Assembly (NCBI RefSeq): GCF_009834535.1
Contig: NC_045696.1
Location: forward strand, 69,008,001 to 69,072,000
Source: Camelus ferus
Taxonomy: Eukaryota
DNA: 64,000 nucleotides
Reading direction: 5' to 3'
Of this stretch, positions 52,401-64,000 are shown piece by piece (the stretch's first letter is position 1; each line of letters starts with the position of its first letter). The notes under the pieces are model-generated. The model did no database searches. It was given only the letters and a program-made list of their open reading frames with translations, and was not told the DNA's origin. The position numbers and the translations under genes are program-made.

Positions 52401-55319
52401 CTATTTGATTAACCTGTAATAATTTTGTCAAAAGGAGAAAGACCACCCATAGAGTTAATCAAGGGATGTTTATTCAAAGCTTTCTATTATAACGAATTCA
52501 CCACCATCATTTTCATTCTAGTAGACACTGGAAGGGGACTGAAAGGAGGGTGAATTTTATAGACTGAAAGGAGGAAATCCTAAGACAGTCTTTGGTGAGT
52601 GTTCTTTTAGGCTGGGATTTTCTATTTCTAGTAGGGTGGGATTTTTTTGGAAGTGCAGAAAGCTATCTGAATGGCTTTCAAGTACATTTGGCAGTCTTTG
52701 GTCCACAATCTACCTGTACGTAAGTGGGGGCTTTCAAGGCTGGGTAGGGTCATGTGAGTTTTCCTGATTCAACTGAGAGAACTGAGCTTTGGATTCTTGC
52801 ATAAGTAATTCTTCGTACTTTAAAAAATAAGGTAAAATCCAGCTTAATTTTTTTCTGTATTCTTAGTGAACTCAACACCCGTTTTAATACACATTTATCT
52901 TTTTAATTCTAATTTTAAATGTCTTTTTCATACATTCACTTTTCAAATGCATTGGGGGTATCTATTTCATAATTCTCTATTCTGTTCATTGCATGTGTTT
53001 ATTCCTCAACAGGAGTATGTATCCTCATGACCAATGAAAGCAGCATGATGCAAAGCTCTAAGTTATAACTATTAAAGTCATATCTGAAAGTTTATCCATT
53101 TATAAAGCTTCATAATACCATAGATATGTAACTGGGAGAGTGTGTTTAATAAAACTTTCCAACCTTGGAAAAAAAAAAAACTTTCCAACCTTGGACTCTG
53201 ACATGGAGCTTGGCATACAGGAGGACTCCATATATAATGGCTGAGTCCAGAAATGCTAGTGTGGCAATGAGAACTCTGGACCAGGAGTTGCAAGACATGG
53301 ATTCTAGTGTCTGCTTCGCTGCAGGCTGGTGGGGTGACCATGATACATATGAATGGCCTGGTAGTTGAGAAATGGCCTCCATTATACGAACTTTAATTCC
53401 TACCCTTTCTTGAAGATAGGAGTTACCATATGACAAACTTTTGCCCTGTAGAATATGAGAGAAGGTGATATATGCTACTCCGGATGCATCTTAAAATATT
53501 ACACATGTGATCCTTCAATTTATTCCCTGTCTGTAAACAAGGACACAGATATGCTTGTGACCAAGTTTTGTGGGGGAAGGGTTTATTTTTTAGAACTATA
53601 TATCATTTTCCCCCCAACTTTACAAGAATTATTGACAAACATAATTGTATACACTCAAAGTAGACAATGTGATGATTATATATATATACACATATACATA
53701 TATATACATACATACACATTGTGAAATGATTACCAAGATTAAGATAATTAACACCTCCATCACCAAACACAAGTAACTCTCTTTATTTGTGTGTGGTGAG
53801 AATATTTAAGATCCACTCTCAGCAACTTCCAAGTACACAACACATATCATTAACTATAGGCCTGGGACACTGTTTTGATCATACAAACAAAGATGATGTT
53901 TTAGCAGATGGTGGAAAAATCAGACAAAAGAAACCTGGGAGTCCTGAATGACCGTGTGGAGCAGAGTAGTTTTCCTATTGGCCCTGGACTGGTACCTGAG
54001 ATAAAAATAAACCTATTGTTTAAGCCATTATATTGTTGGGGCTTTTGTTGCAGCAGCTTACTATTCTACATAGCACATGGTATCCCACAAAGGAAATAGT
54101 TCTGTAAAGAGTCTGGGAAATGAAAAGGGTGATAAAAGTATGCAGGTTTCCTTACTACAGGACTTCTCTGCACCTGGATAAATGCTTTCTTTTTTCCTAT
54201 ATTGCAACTTGAGGGAGAAAATTGCTGATCTCTGCTATTCTCTTTCTGGTTCTGAAAAACACATCTGGAAAATGCTGATTGAGATGATTTCTATTTCCTC
54301 TAAGTATTGCATAATGCATGGCTAGTGTCAGGATGCATTCCGATTACCACTAAATTTTACAGAATCAAGGCTGTCTTTAGTCCAACTACTTCAGTTGGAG
54401 CATGTTATCTCTAGGGGACAAGAGGCAATATTATAAAACCATAAAGAATATGAAAAATTCTTCCAAAAATTTTAGGGGATTTTGATCTCATTGTTCTATA
54501 TTCTTTCTCATCTAATCAAATAGCCACACAGCAAAGGGCTTCTTTGTGGACACACTATTTTGTTTTCCTGAATTCTTCAGTGATGTTCTTGAGACTCATG
54601 GGAAATCTCCCCAGGTGTTTGCTGACCCACTCCATTCCAGGAACGAATCAGGGACCCCAGGACTCAGCCAGATCCCTCATCCAGTGAAAAGTTAAACTCA
54701 AATCAATTCCCAGATGAACTAAATCCAAAACTAACTCTAAGACTAAACAACGCCAGAGCTCAGGGTGCCGGTTATTAGCCATGATCTCTCAGCTCCCCAC
54801 CCACTCTTGTGCCCTCTGCTTTGTGGTTGGGGCATTTACCTCCTTTGTCAGATTCGTAGTGTCAGGCTCAGCCAGGGCAAAAGACCAGAGGCTGAAGGAA
54901 GGGAGGGAGTTATGCTCCTCCCTGGGTGTCAGCATTCCCCTAGCAACTGGCCTTCATCCTGAGAGTCACAGTTGGTTCCAGTAGCTGCAGTCTGCCATTT
55001 CCCCAACACTTCCACAACCAGACTCATCACTCCCCTTCCTCCAGCACCAGCTGGCAGTGCCGCCTCCCTAGAGTTCTGCAGCCATTTCCCAAGTCCATCT
55101 TTGACTTCCTGGGGCACCTGTCCTAATGAAAAGCCCTCCTTCTCAGAGGGCTACCCCCAGCTATGTGGGGCCACATCAATCTCTTCCCTTTGTTCCCTCA
55201 GCCCTTGAGCTGGTAGCTGCTTCCTGTAGTTAAAACCTCCATTATATTCCAATATATACTTTCTCTGTGCTAATCGATATGGGGTCTCTATCAGTGATTG
55301 GACCCTGAAAGTTATTCTG

Positions 55320-55860
55320 TAACTAAGTAATCTTGAAAATAAACTTTAAAACTTAGTAAGTTAAAAAATTTAAAAAAGAGGGAATAACTGACAATAAATA
55401 CAATAAATAGCTGTGAAGATAGCTTAAAACTAAATAGGTGAAAACCTATGACAAAATTTTCAGAAAATAAAAACAAAAAATTAAATAAGTCTGAAAATAT
55501 AGTTCAAAAAATAAATAACTAAAAACTAAATAATTCAAAAACTAAATAAATGTAAAACTATATAGCTAAAACTACAATAACTAAGAGTCACACTGAAAAT
55601 GACTCAAAATTAAGTCAAAAGTTAAATAACAAAAATAGACAAAAACAAAACCAAAAATAAATAAATCAAAATTACAATAATAGAAAACTAAACTCAGACG
55701 CTAAATCTAAAAATAATTTTAAGTAAATAATTCTCAAAACTAATTCAAAAAACAACTGGAATAACTAAAAACGAACTTTGAAAAAAGTAACTGTGAAAAT
55801 AAACTGAAAACTACAAAATTAAACAACTATTAAACTAACTAGCTAAAAATAAATGAAAAT
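55320..55860. repeat. A-rich, strand-skewed degenerate tandem repeat
   Basis: Recurring AAAACTA, AAATAA, TAACT, TGAAAAT units; very low G. Confidence 0.8.
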
Positions 55861-55864
55861 ACAG

Positions 55865-56990
55865 TCCCGCTGGCTGGAGAGCCTCTCGGGCTCAGGAGAG
55901 CCCTCCGGGGCGTGGTCCCCGCGAGGTCTACACCCTAGCCTCCGTGCTCGCGCAAGTGAGTCTCGACCGACTCCGCGAGGTCTGCGCCGAGTCCCTGCGC
56001 GGGCGCGGTCGCGTAGCGAACGGCTTCAGGTTCTACGACGGGTCTCCAGCCGAGACCCTGCGCTCTCGCGAGCGCGTGTAGAACGTCGCGGGGTTCTCAG
56101 CCGGGCGGCGCGGGGAGAGCTGGGCGCCGCAGGCCGACATAGGCTGCTTCTTCCGCTGCGAGAAGATGGCCCTGTCGCCCCTGGCCAGGGAGGCGGATCC
56201 GCAGGCTCCGAGGCCCTTTGCTATTTCTGCTTAAGGGCGGTGCCGGCCTCCGCGCCCACAGCAGAGTTTTCCCCGGAATGAAGGCGGCCGGGGCGGCCAC
56301 AGCGGCCGGAGCAAAGCCTGGTTTAAATCCTGGTCCTGGAACTTGGAGCGGGGAGGGTGGAGGGCAGGGGGACGGTGGAGGAGAAACTGGCTCTGGGAGA
56401 TGCCTCCAACCTCCTCCAGATGTGACTTGAAGAGCCTCTGCAGTAACCGCCAGAGACGCCTCTTTAGGGCGGCCATCCAACCTGGATCCCCTTAGACCAG
56501 GAGCAGACATTGAGGAAGGAGGGATGGCGGTCTCGCTGGAAGGCTTTTTAGGAGGAACAGAGCAGCCTCGCCCATAACCAACTTCTACGTGAACGGAAGG
56601 GCTGAGTCTCCAGGGGCCGTGGCCTCAGTACTTCCATACATTGCAGGGTGCTGGGGACCCCAGAACCGTCCTCCGGGAGGCCGGGGGGTGGAGCCGGGCC
56701 ATGAGGCCTCATCAGAGAACACAAGCAGCTGGGGGTGGGCGGGATTGGGAGGCCACGTGGGAACGGAAAAACCTGAAGACGAGTTCCGGCCACTACTCGC
56801 AGGGTAAGTGGCTCCCGGGGTGAAATGATGACATGGTGCTGGGGCTGCTTTCCCCTCTCTCCTGCGGATCCTGCAGGTTGGGCCGGGACTGGGCGGTGGT
56901 GCTTCAGCCGGGCCCAGGGCTGGCACAGCGGCGCTCCCGCACACCTGGCGGCGGGTTGACTACGTTATTTTGGGGTCATCAGGGCCATTC
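55865..56990. promoter_or_regulatory. Orphan CpG island, candidate promoter
   Basis: High GC and CpG density; at least eight CGCG cores including TCTCGCGAGC at 56064; YY1-like AAGATGGC near 56163; donor AGG|GTAAGT at 56803/56804. Confidence 0.75.
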
Positions 56991-57884
56991 CCTGCCTCCA
57001 GACAAGGCCTGAGCTGGAAAGAGTACCAACCCTTGAAGCACTGACAAGTCCTAGATGCCACTTCCCTGCTGGGGATTGTTAGTGCACGTGGCCCCCTTGG
57101 CTTCTGGTCCCACAGGTGAGGGTGGGGGCCCCCACTTGTCTAGAGCGGGGCATTTTCTAATGTCATAAAACAAAATACAGAGTTTATATCTTGACGTAGG
57201 GTACAGGCACATGCAGACACATATTAAAACAAGTTTTACACAATATTACCCTCACTGTGATTGATACCCTTTAACAGTTTGTGTTAATTCACTTTTTTAA
57301 AATGCTGGTCCAGATCCACTGAGTTGATTTTATGACCTACTAATGGGTTAAACTCACAGCTGGAAAAGCACCAGAGAAAAAGAAGCAGAAGGGAAATGGT
57401 AGGGACATGGGAAAGGAAAAACAGATAAAGAAGAGGACAGGGAGGAGAAAGGGGTTTTGTGGGAGGTGGTGAAAATCACGCAGATCCCTGCCATGATGTC
57501 CCTTTGAGGCCATCTGCTCTAACACACTGCCTCCCACTCTGTGTGCCCTCAGTGCTTCCATTGGACCCTGGGCTACATGGTGGCAGACACAAAATCTCTG
57601 CACTTCTGGAACTCCTATAGCTCCTAGTCGAGGAATTCTTAGAATCAGACAAAACCTTAGAGAACATTTCTTAGTCAAAGCTTCTCGTTTTCCAGGGGAG
57701 GAAACTGACTTGAAAGTGCCAGCCAGCCAGCCAGTGATTATTCATCGCAGTCAGGCCCTCGGCACAGTCATGATTTGTTCTTGACAGGTCACAAGCATCA
57801 CTTTTTCACCTAAAAATGAAGATAACAATATCAATTTTAGAGGTTTAGTATTATGTACGTCCATCAAGAATGGTGCCTGGCCCC

Positions 57885-58585
57885 ATTTGTTTATTTATTT
57901 ATTTTTTGCTTTTGTTTCCTTTGGATCAAAAAAAGAAATTGCTGTGATTTATGTCAAAGAGTATTCTGCCTGTGCTTTCCTCTAGGAGTTTTATAGTATC
58001 CGGTCTTACATTTAGGTCTTTAATCCATTTTGAGGTTATTTTTGTATATGGTGCTAGTGACTGTCCTAATTTCATTCTTTTACATGTAGCTGTCCAGTTT
58101 TCCCAGCACCACTTATTGAAGAGACTGTCTTTTCTCTGTTGTCCTTGCCTCCTTTGTCATAAGTTAATTGACCATAAGTACATGGGTTTATTTCTGGGCT
58201 CTCTATTCTATCCCATTGATCTATGTGTCTGTTTTAGTGCCAGTACCATATTATTTCGATTACTTTGTAGTATGGTCTGAAGCCAAGGAGCATGATGCCT
58301 CTAGCTCCGTTCTTCTTTCTCAAGGTTGTTTTGGCTATTGGAGGTCTTTTGATCCATACAAATTTTAAAATGATTTGTTCTAGTTCTGTGAAAAATGTTA
58401 CTGGTACTTTGATAGGCATTGCATTGAATCTGTAGATTGCCTTGGGTAGTATGGTCATTTTAAGAATATTAGTTCTTCCAGTCCAAGAATACAGTATATC
58501 TTTCCATCTGTTTGTGTCATCTTTAATTTCTTTCATCAGTGCCTTGTAGTTTTCCGAGTACAGGTCTTTTACCTTCTTAGCTCTC
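57885..58585 (-). mobile_element. LINE-1 ORF2 fragment
   Basis: [26 protein letters not shown]...[15 protein letters not shown] is L1 ORF2. Confidence 0.93.
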
Positions 58586-58979
58586 CAGCTGCAGGATATG
58601 TGTATCATTTCATATGCTGCCAAATAGACCCTTTAGCTTTCACATTTGGTCTGGAATTGGCAATTAATCACCCTCAGTCTTTCACTGGCTTTCATTATTT
58701 AATTAATGAGGCCCCCCCAATGGCCATCCAACTCCAAAGTTCTTATAGTTACTGTTTCCTAAACATCTGGGATATTGCATCTGTTGGGACGTTCCCTTCC
58801 ACTGGCATCCCATTCCTGTTTGCCACTGGTGAAAGTTTTACCAATTGCCATACATTCCAGGGGCTGTCCGTGCACCACTACCGCCAGAGATGGGACGCTC
58901 ATTACCAGAAGGCTGGTAGATGATCCAACTTCAAAATTTCATCTTTGAGTCTTTTTCTAAGACCACGTCTTGTAAGAAT

Positions 58980-59365
58980 CCTATGGGCTGAATTCTTTAG
59001 GAAACAGATTCTGAGATTTTGAAGTTTACATACAGGTTTTTAATTAGTTGGTAATTCTTGGGACCAAAAGCTGAGAGGGGTCAGAGAAGCAGGACTGGTC
59101 AGAGGTTGTACTGTGATGCAAGTGCTCAGAGATCTGGGGCTGGGACAATCCATGAATTGTGCCACATAAGGCAAAGGGGCTAAGACTTTATACCTCTCCT
59201 AGTCTGGTCCTTGGAGGTGGGCTGCCTCAAGGAAGGACTGAGACTTTGGGCAAAGTGGCTCTGTTTGGCTGAGGACAATTGCTAGAGAGAACTAAGCTGA
59301 GAGCTGTCACCTAGGGAAGTGAGTGTCTCAGTCCTAAAAGGTGGCACACCAGAACATCCACTGCA
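58980..59365. mobile_element. ERVL LTR (LTR16-like)
   Basis: GGAAACAGATTCTGAGAT...GAAGCAGGACTGGTCAGAGG...GCTGAGGACAATT...CATCCACTGCA. Confidence 0.55.
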
Positions 59366-60849
59366 CCTGCATTTCCTTTTTTAAAATTGACACAGTCACC
59401 CACTGTCTAACTCCTCCCACTCCTGACAGCAGTCTTCTTTTATTTACCATCCAAGTCTTTTCCTTTTCTAGTGGACCCATACATCATAATCCAGGTACAG
59501 TTCTGTCTTGGCAACACACTAAGTAAAGTTGTACTCAACTTTTGAAAGCCCTTTTATAATAGTGAAAAAACTTCACAAATCTCCACATAATAGTAACTGA
59601 ATGAATATCCGTTAAAAAACAGTAAAGACAAATTTATTAACTGGTTTTATCACATGTGCACCCATGTATAATACAAAAAAAACACTACGTATTTAGATAA
59701 TGACATTTCTTGTTCTGGTGACAGAGATAGTACTTCAGGCACAGATAAACTCACAAAATACCTGGGTTAGAATGCTACCTGTTAGTTGTGTTCAAGAATA
59801 GAATGGCCAGCTGAGGGGGCAAGTGGAGACTGAAATACAGGCGAGGCTCTTCTAATCACTAATTCTTTCACTCCATCAAAAGGCTGAATATACTGGAGGA
59901 ATATGGGACATTTTCTAAACCAATTGCTCAAACAGTCTACCACTCAGGTCTTTTTTTCTACTTAGGATAAAGGCACCTCCATGCCAGCCTTGCACCTGCC
60001 CAGTGACTAATACAAGCTTTAACTCCAGAGTCAGTCCCAGATGTGGATTCTGGCTTTGCTTATTTGCCGTTAACCTTCTCCATCTAAGGCTGAGTCTCCT
60101 TTGTAAAATGTGATTATATCTCCCTCTGTGTGGTTCAGGTGTTTAGGTAGCAAATGAATACCACCTACCTTCACAGATCTTTGGTTTATAAACTGCACTG
60201 AGATATAATTTACATACAATAAAATGTACAAACAGTAAATGAACATTTTGATGAGTTATGACAATGTAAACCAGTAACCAGATAGGTAACCTGTGTGCTT
60301 TTTATCCTATTCAGAGATTGTACTAGGCCTTGCCTGTGGGAGTTACAAGATAGCATGAAGCACCCTTAGTTGATTTGGTTAACCCCTTGATTAGGTTAGG
60401 CCTGGAACGTATGTACTCAGAGCCCCCTACATCCTCTGCGTAACACACATCTATCGCACTGCCTGTCACCCTCCTAGGCTGTAAAGCTACCTGAGGGCAA
60501 AGACCTTCCACTTGTTCCCTGCTGTATCCCCAGAATGTATGGGCATTCCATAAGCATTTGTTGAAAGGCAGATGAATAAACTTACAAAGTTAACAAAGTA
60601 TCATGTCGAGTTTGTGCCAAATAAAACTTGGTCATTCACTTGGAGAAGACCCAGATCAACCTTGCGGGTTACGGTAATTAGTAAAGGCCTGCAGTTAAGG
60701 TAATATTTCAAAAGGGTCCGATTTCAAAAACATTTAGGAAAAATCCAGAGCTTAGACAAATGCATAAAGTTAAAAAGGGTGGCCTCGAACACTTGCCTAG
60801 AGCACACACTGCGTGCACCCTGGTCCCAGTAAACATTATCAATCATTTA

Positions 60850-62060
60850 ACTTTAATTGAGCGTCTGCGCCACCAGATTTCTGGTCAGGGCTCTGGGATG
60901 AGCTGACCATAGCTGCACGGCAAGATCCTCCCTCTTACCGACGGGCAGACACAAATAGAGGTATAAGCGATATGCACCCAAAAGGGCAAAGAAAGGCATC
61001 TTCAGAGATCGCTGCCCTTGAAGCGCACACGGTTTACTCCGCGACAACGAATGGGAAGGGAGAGGACAGGGATCTTCAGCGCGCCCTCTTCTGGCGAAGG
61101 ACAAACGCCTCCCCCGTCATTTGGGGGGTGAAGCAGGTTGCAAGCCAAATTGTGTCACCGCAAAAATGCCGGTGACCCCCCCCCCCCACCATGGCTGCCA
61201 ATGAATTAACAGTACGGTACAGGTTCTACAGACTCGTACCTACAAAGAGAGAGGACCTCCGGGATCCGAGGCCCTTACGAACCCTCCCCCTCCCGAGTGA
61301 GCACCCGTCTAGCCCTTCCAGCTCCGGTCGGCTGAACGCGCCGGTCTGCGGCCCCAGCGTCTCTTCGGGGACGGCCGCGCTCAAGTTCCCTGGCCCTGCA
61401 GCATCCGGTCGGAGGGATGCACGGGGACAGAGTGATCCGCAGTGATTCCTATCCAGTGTCTACATCCCTAAAAGGCTGTATCTCGTTTGCTTAAATACCA
61501 CGGAATAGGAAGAACCGGCTCCCTTAAGGTGGGGCGCTCTGGGCACCGGAAATGACGTGTGACGTACTGCGTATTCCCGCCCTCCCCTGCGCCCGCCGTT
61601 CGGTGGCGGGAAAGTGGGGCCTGTACTGACGGGGGAGACAATCTTAAGTGTCCTCGGTCGGCGGCTCGGGGCCTGATATTTTCATCTTGGGGGACCGAGC
61701 TGAAACTTCGAGACCTCCTCGCCCTTCCCCTGTCCCGGAAACCCCAGGAACGAGCCGGCGGCGTCTTCGTTCCGGAGACGAGTGACTGAAAGGCCCAGGC
61801 AGTGCCCCGGGAACACGCACGGGGAGCCGGGGAGAACAGGTGACCGGCCGGAGACATTGCGGGGGTCGCCTTCGCCTTCTCTTCTCCCTGTGATATTTTC
61901 CATTGCCGTCGAAGCGCACACAGGGGCTGGACCAGCGCTCCGGTCTCGCCGCCTTCTACGCATTGCGCACCCCTTCGTGTAACGGTGGCTCAGCGCAGCA
62001 TCTCTCAGAGCCCTGCTTTGGGCGGTGTTACTTTTTGGCAGCCTCTGGCGGGGATGGAGT
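60850..62060 (+). promoter_or_regulatory. RFC4 CpG-island promoter
   Basis: ETS CCGGAAAT 61546-61553, tandem TGACGT 61553-61565, two opposed E2F sites TTCCCGCC 61574-61581 and TGGCGGGAAA 61604-61613; about 1.5 kb upstream of the RFC4 ATG exon. Confidence 0.9.
61600..61839 (+). other. RFC4: Probable RFC4 non-coding exon 1 (boundaries uncertain)
   Basis: The ATG exon begins with a splice acceptor, so an upstream exon is required; candidate donors GA|GTGACT (61781/61782) and CAG|GTGACC (61839/61840). Confidence 0.45.
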
Positions 62061-63110
62061 AATCCAATAACGTTAAAAACCTTATTATTATTATTATTAT
62101 TTTTAATAAGTTTGCACTAAACCTTTAGTGTTTACAGATACTAACAACTTATTTGATTTATTGATTATATACGCATATGCCAACCACAGAACTGTTGTTT
62201 ACACAATTCTTTCATTTAACTCAGTTGCCTTACGAATAGGCCTTAGCTTATTTTACAGAAGGGGAAACTGAGTCTCATACGTGGTAATACAGTCACCAAC
62301 TCTTAACGGCGCGTCTATCATGTACCAGTCACTGCTCTAGGCACTGGGAATACAGCAGTGAAGGAAAATATAATTGCCACTAATGCTGGGAATTTTCAGA
62401 CAAGCTCTCTCCTAAAACAGCCTTCTACTGCCTGGAAGAATGTTCACCTGAATGTTAGTCCTTATCTTCTGGGTGAGATTTTGTGTGAATTTTTAAAACT
62501 CGCTTTTCTGCATTGTTTTGATTTCTTCAAATGAACGTGCTATCAGAAAAAAAAAAAAAGCTGTTTCCAATTTAACGGGAGTTCCCTCCCCTCCTCGTCA
62601 AAAGAGCTTCTGAAGGCAGTCATGGGCTCCGCCAGTAAAATAGATCCTTGAGTGGAGCTCTAGGCCCAAGAGAAGTGGATGTTCTCATTAGTGGTCCCAG
62701 TACTCCTAATTGCTGAGTCCATTCCAGGGTCTGAGCTAGAGTGAGGCCCATGACTAAACTGGAAGAGACTATCAAGACCCATGTACACTTTGGCCATTAA
62801 TGCTATCATATTTATCAAAAAGTTTGGAACTCAAAAATTTTTCTGATGTGAGATTTATCTTTGTTCTATAACTCCCTCACTATAAATAGATTTTAAATTC
62901 CTTGAGCACTTTGGCCTCTTTTATGTCCCTCTAGCCCTCAGTACAATGCACGCAGAGGATGCCAGGTCATGGGGTGATGTCCTTTATTTAGTAAAGATTT
63001 ATTGAGTATCTTTGCACAAGGTTAAGTGTGCTTTCAGGCTTTACCTCCTCATAATGGTTTCAAAAGAACTTTTCCTTTTCTGTCTTGCACCTGGTCAGGG
63101 TGAAGTAACC

Positions 63111-63241
63111 ATGCAGGCATTTCTAAAAGGCACATCTATCAGCACTAAACCACCATTGACCAAGGATCGAGGAGCAGCTGCCACTGCCAGAAGTAGTGGA
63201 GAGAACAAGAAAGCCAAACCTGTTCCATGGGTGGAAAAATA
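63111..63241 (+). CDS. RFC4: Replication factor C subunit 4, first coding exon (exon starts 63099; gene continues beyond the window)
   Basis: [43 protein letters not shown](Y); polypyrimidine tract and CAG acceptor ending 63098; Kozak ACCATG; donor TA|GTAAGA; RFC4-ADIPOQ divergent arrangement matches known mammalian synteny. Confidence 0.97.
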
Positions 63242-64000
63242 GTAAGAATGTTTTGGTTATGTTGAAATAGTTAATAAATTACCTCTCTGACAGGTTTTGA
63301 TCACTTTTTTTTTTAAACTTAAGAGGGGGATGATTTACTCATTTAGATGTTGTCCTTGAAAATCACCCAATTATATAAGTCATGGAACCTTGGAACTGAA
63401 ATGTACCTTAAAATAATCTAGTTGAATTCTCTTAACTTATAGATGGACTACAGCCTTCTCTGTAACTCAGGAGTGCGGTTTTAGGGGCTGGGATACAGCA
63501 GTAAAGAGAACAAAATTTCTATAAAATGACTATAAGCTCTTGGTCAGGAGTTCTACTTAAGTTCAGATCTATTCTTTTCATTACTCATAGCTGTAAATTG
63601 TTGAGTTTTTGCTTGTTTATACATTTTTGGCAAAAACAACATCTTACGTGGCACTGAAATTTCAGCTAAGTGAAATAATAAGCAGTTGTAACTGTTGGTG
63701 TATCCTGAGTTATTGCCAAAGGATTGCAGATTACTACTAAGCCGTATAAGGCCCTCACAAATGTTTGGCGCAAACAGTACTTTTACAAGTGGGAAATTTC
63801 ACAAAAATCTAGACTCCTTCAATTAAAGAAGTTATACAAGGAGAAAATTTAGATTTTCAGCCTTTCAGGAAATTAGGCAGCACTAGATGCAGTTTCTCGC
63901 CTGACTACGCTTAGATGGACTTGAGTACTGCTTCCCGTATTGGAAAGGTCATATGTTCTTCACCACAGTCCTACTAGTGTCTCTTGCCTTACACTCTGCA

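Noticed and set aside
55853..56944. Several 60-142-aa ORFs in the orphan CpG island
   Set aside because: Arg/Gly/Pro/Ala-rich ORFs expected in GC-rich DNA; none recognised as a protein
63012..63110. Upstream in-frame extension of the RFC4 ORF
   Set aside because: Intronic up to 63098 and 5' UTR after that; the real start is the ATG at 63111
1..64000. CRISPR arrays, operons or a novel multi-gene system
   Set aside because: Sequence is mammalian, intron- and repeat-rich; no repeat-spacer arrays or unexplained long ORFs

Overview
Mammalian genomic DNA, most likely a camelid, inferred from five copies of a tRNA-derived SINE resembling camelid Vic-1. The window holds the complete adiponectin gene ADIPOQ on the minus strand: non-coding exon 1 at about 46733-46808, coding exons 39161-39371 and 38022-38542, 243 aa, plus a recognisable proximal promoter. 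It also holds the 5' end of RFC4 on the plus strand: CpG-island promoter and first coding exon 63111-63241. The rest is mostly interspersed repeats (L1, L2, MIR, MaLR/ERV LTRs, hAT transposons); subfamily names and boundaries are from recalled consensus sequences and are approximate. Nearly all ORF-track entries are chance ORFs. I see no evidence of a new multi-gene system. The most notable unexplained structures are: (1) an orphan CpG island at about 55.9-57.0 kb with CGCG motifs, a near-perfect T-shaped fold and a splice donor, next to a 540-bp A-rich degenerate repeat; (2) a roughly 440-bp direct repeat flanking ADIPOQ exon 2 with a perfectly identical core; (3) a fragmented Buster/Charlie-type transposase fossil at 24.3-30.9 kb; (4) substitutions in adiponectin and its PPRE relative to the recalled human sequence.
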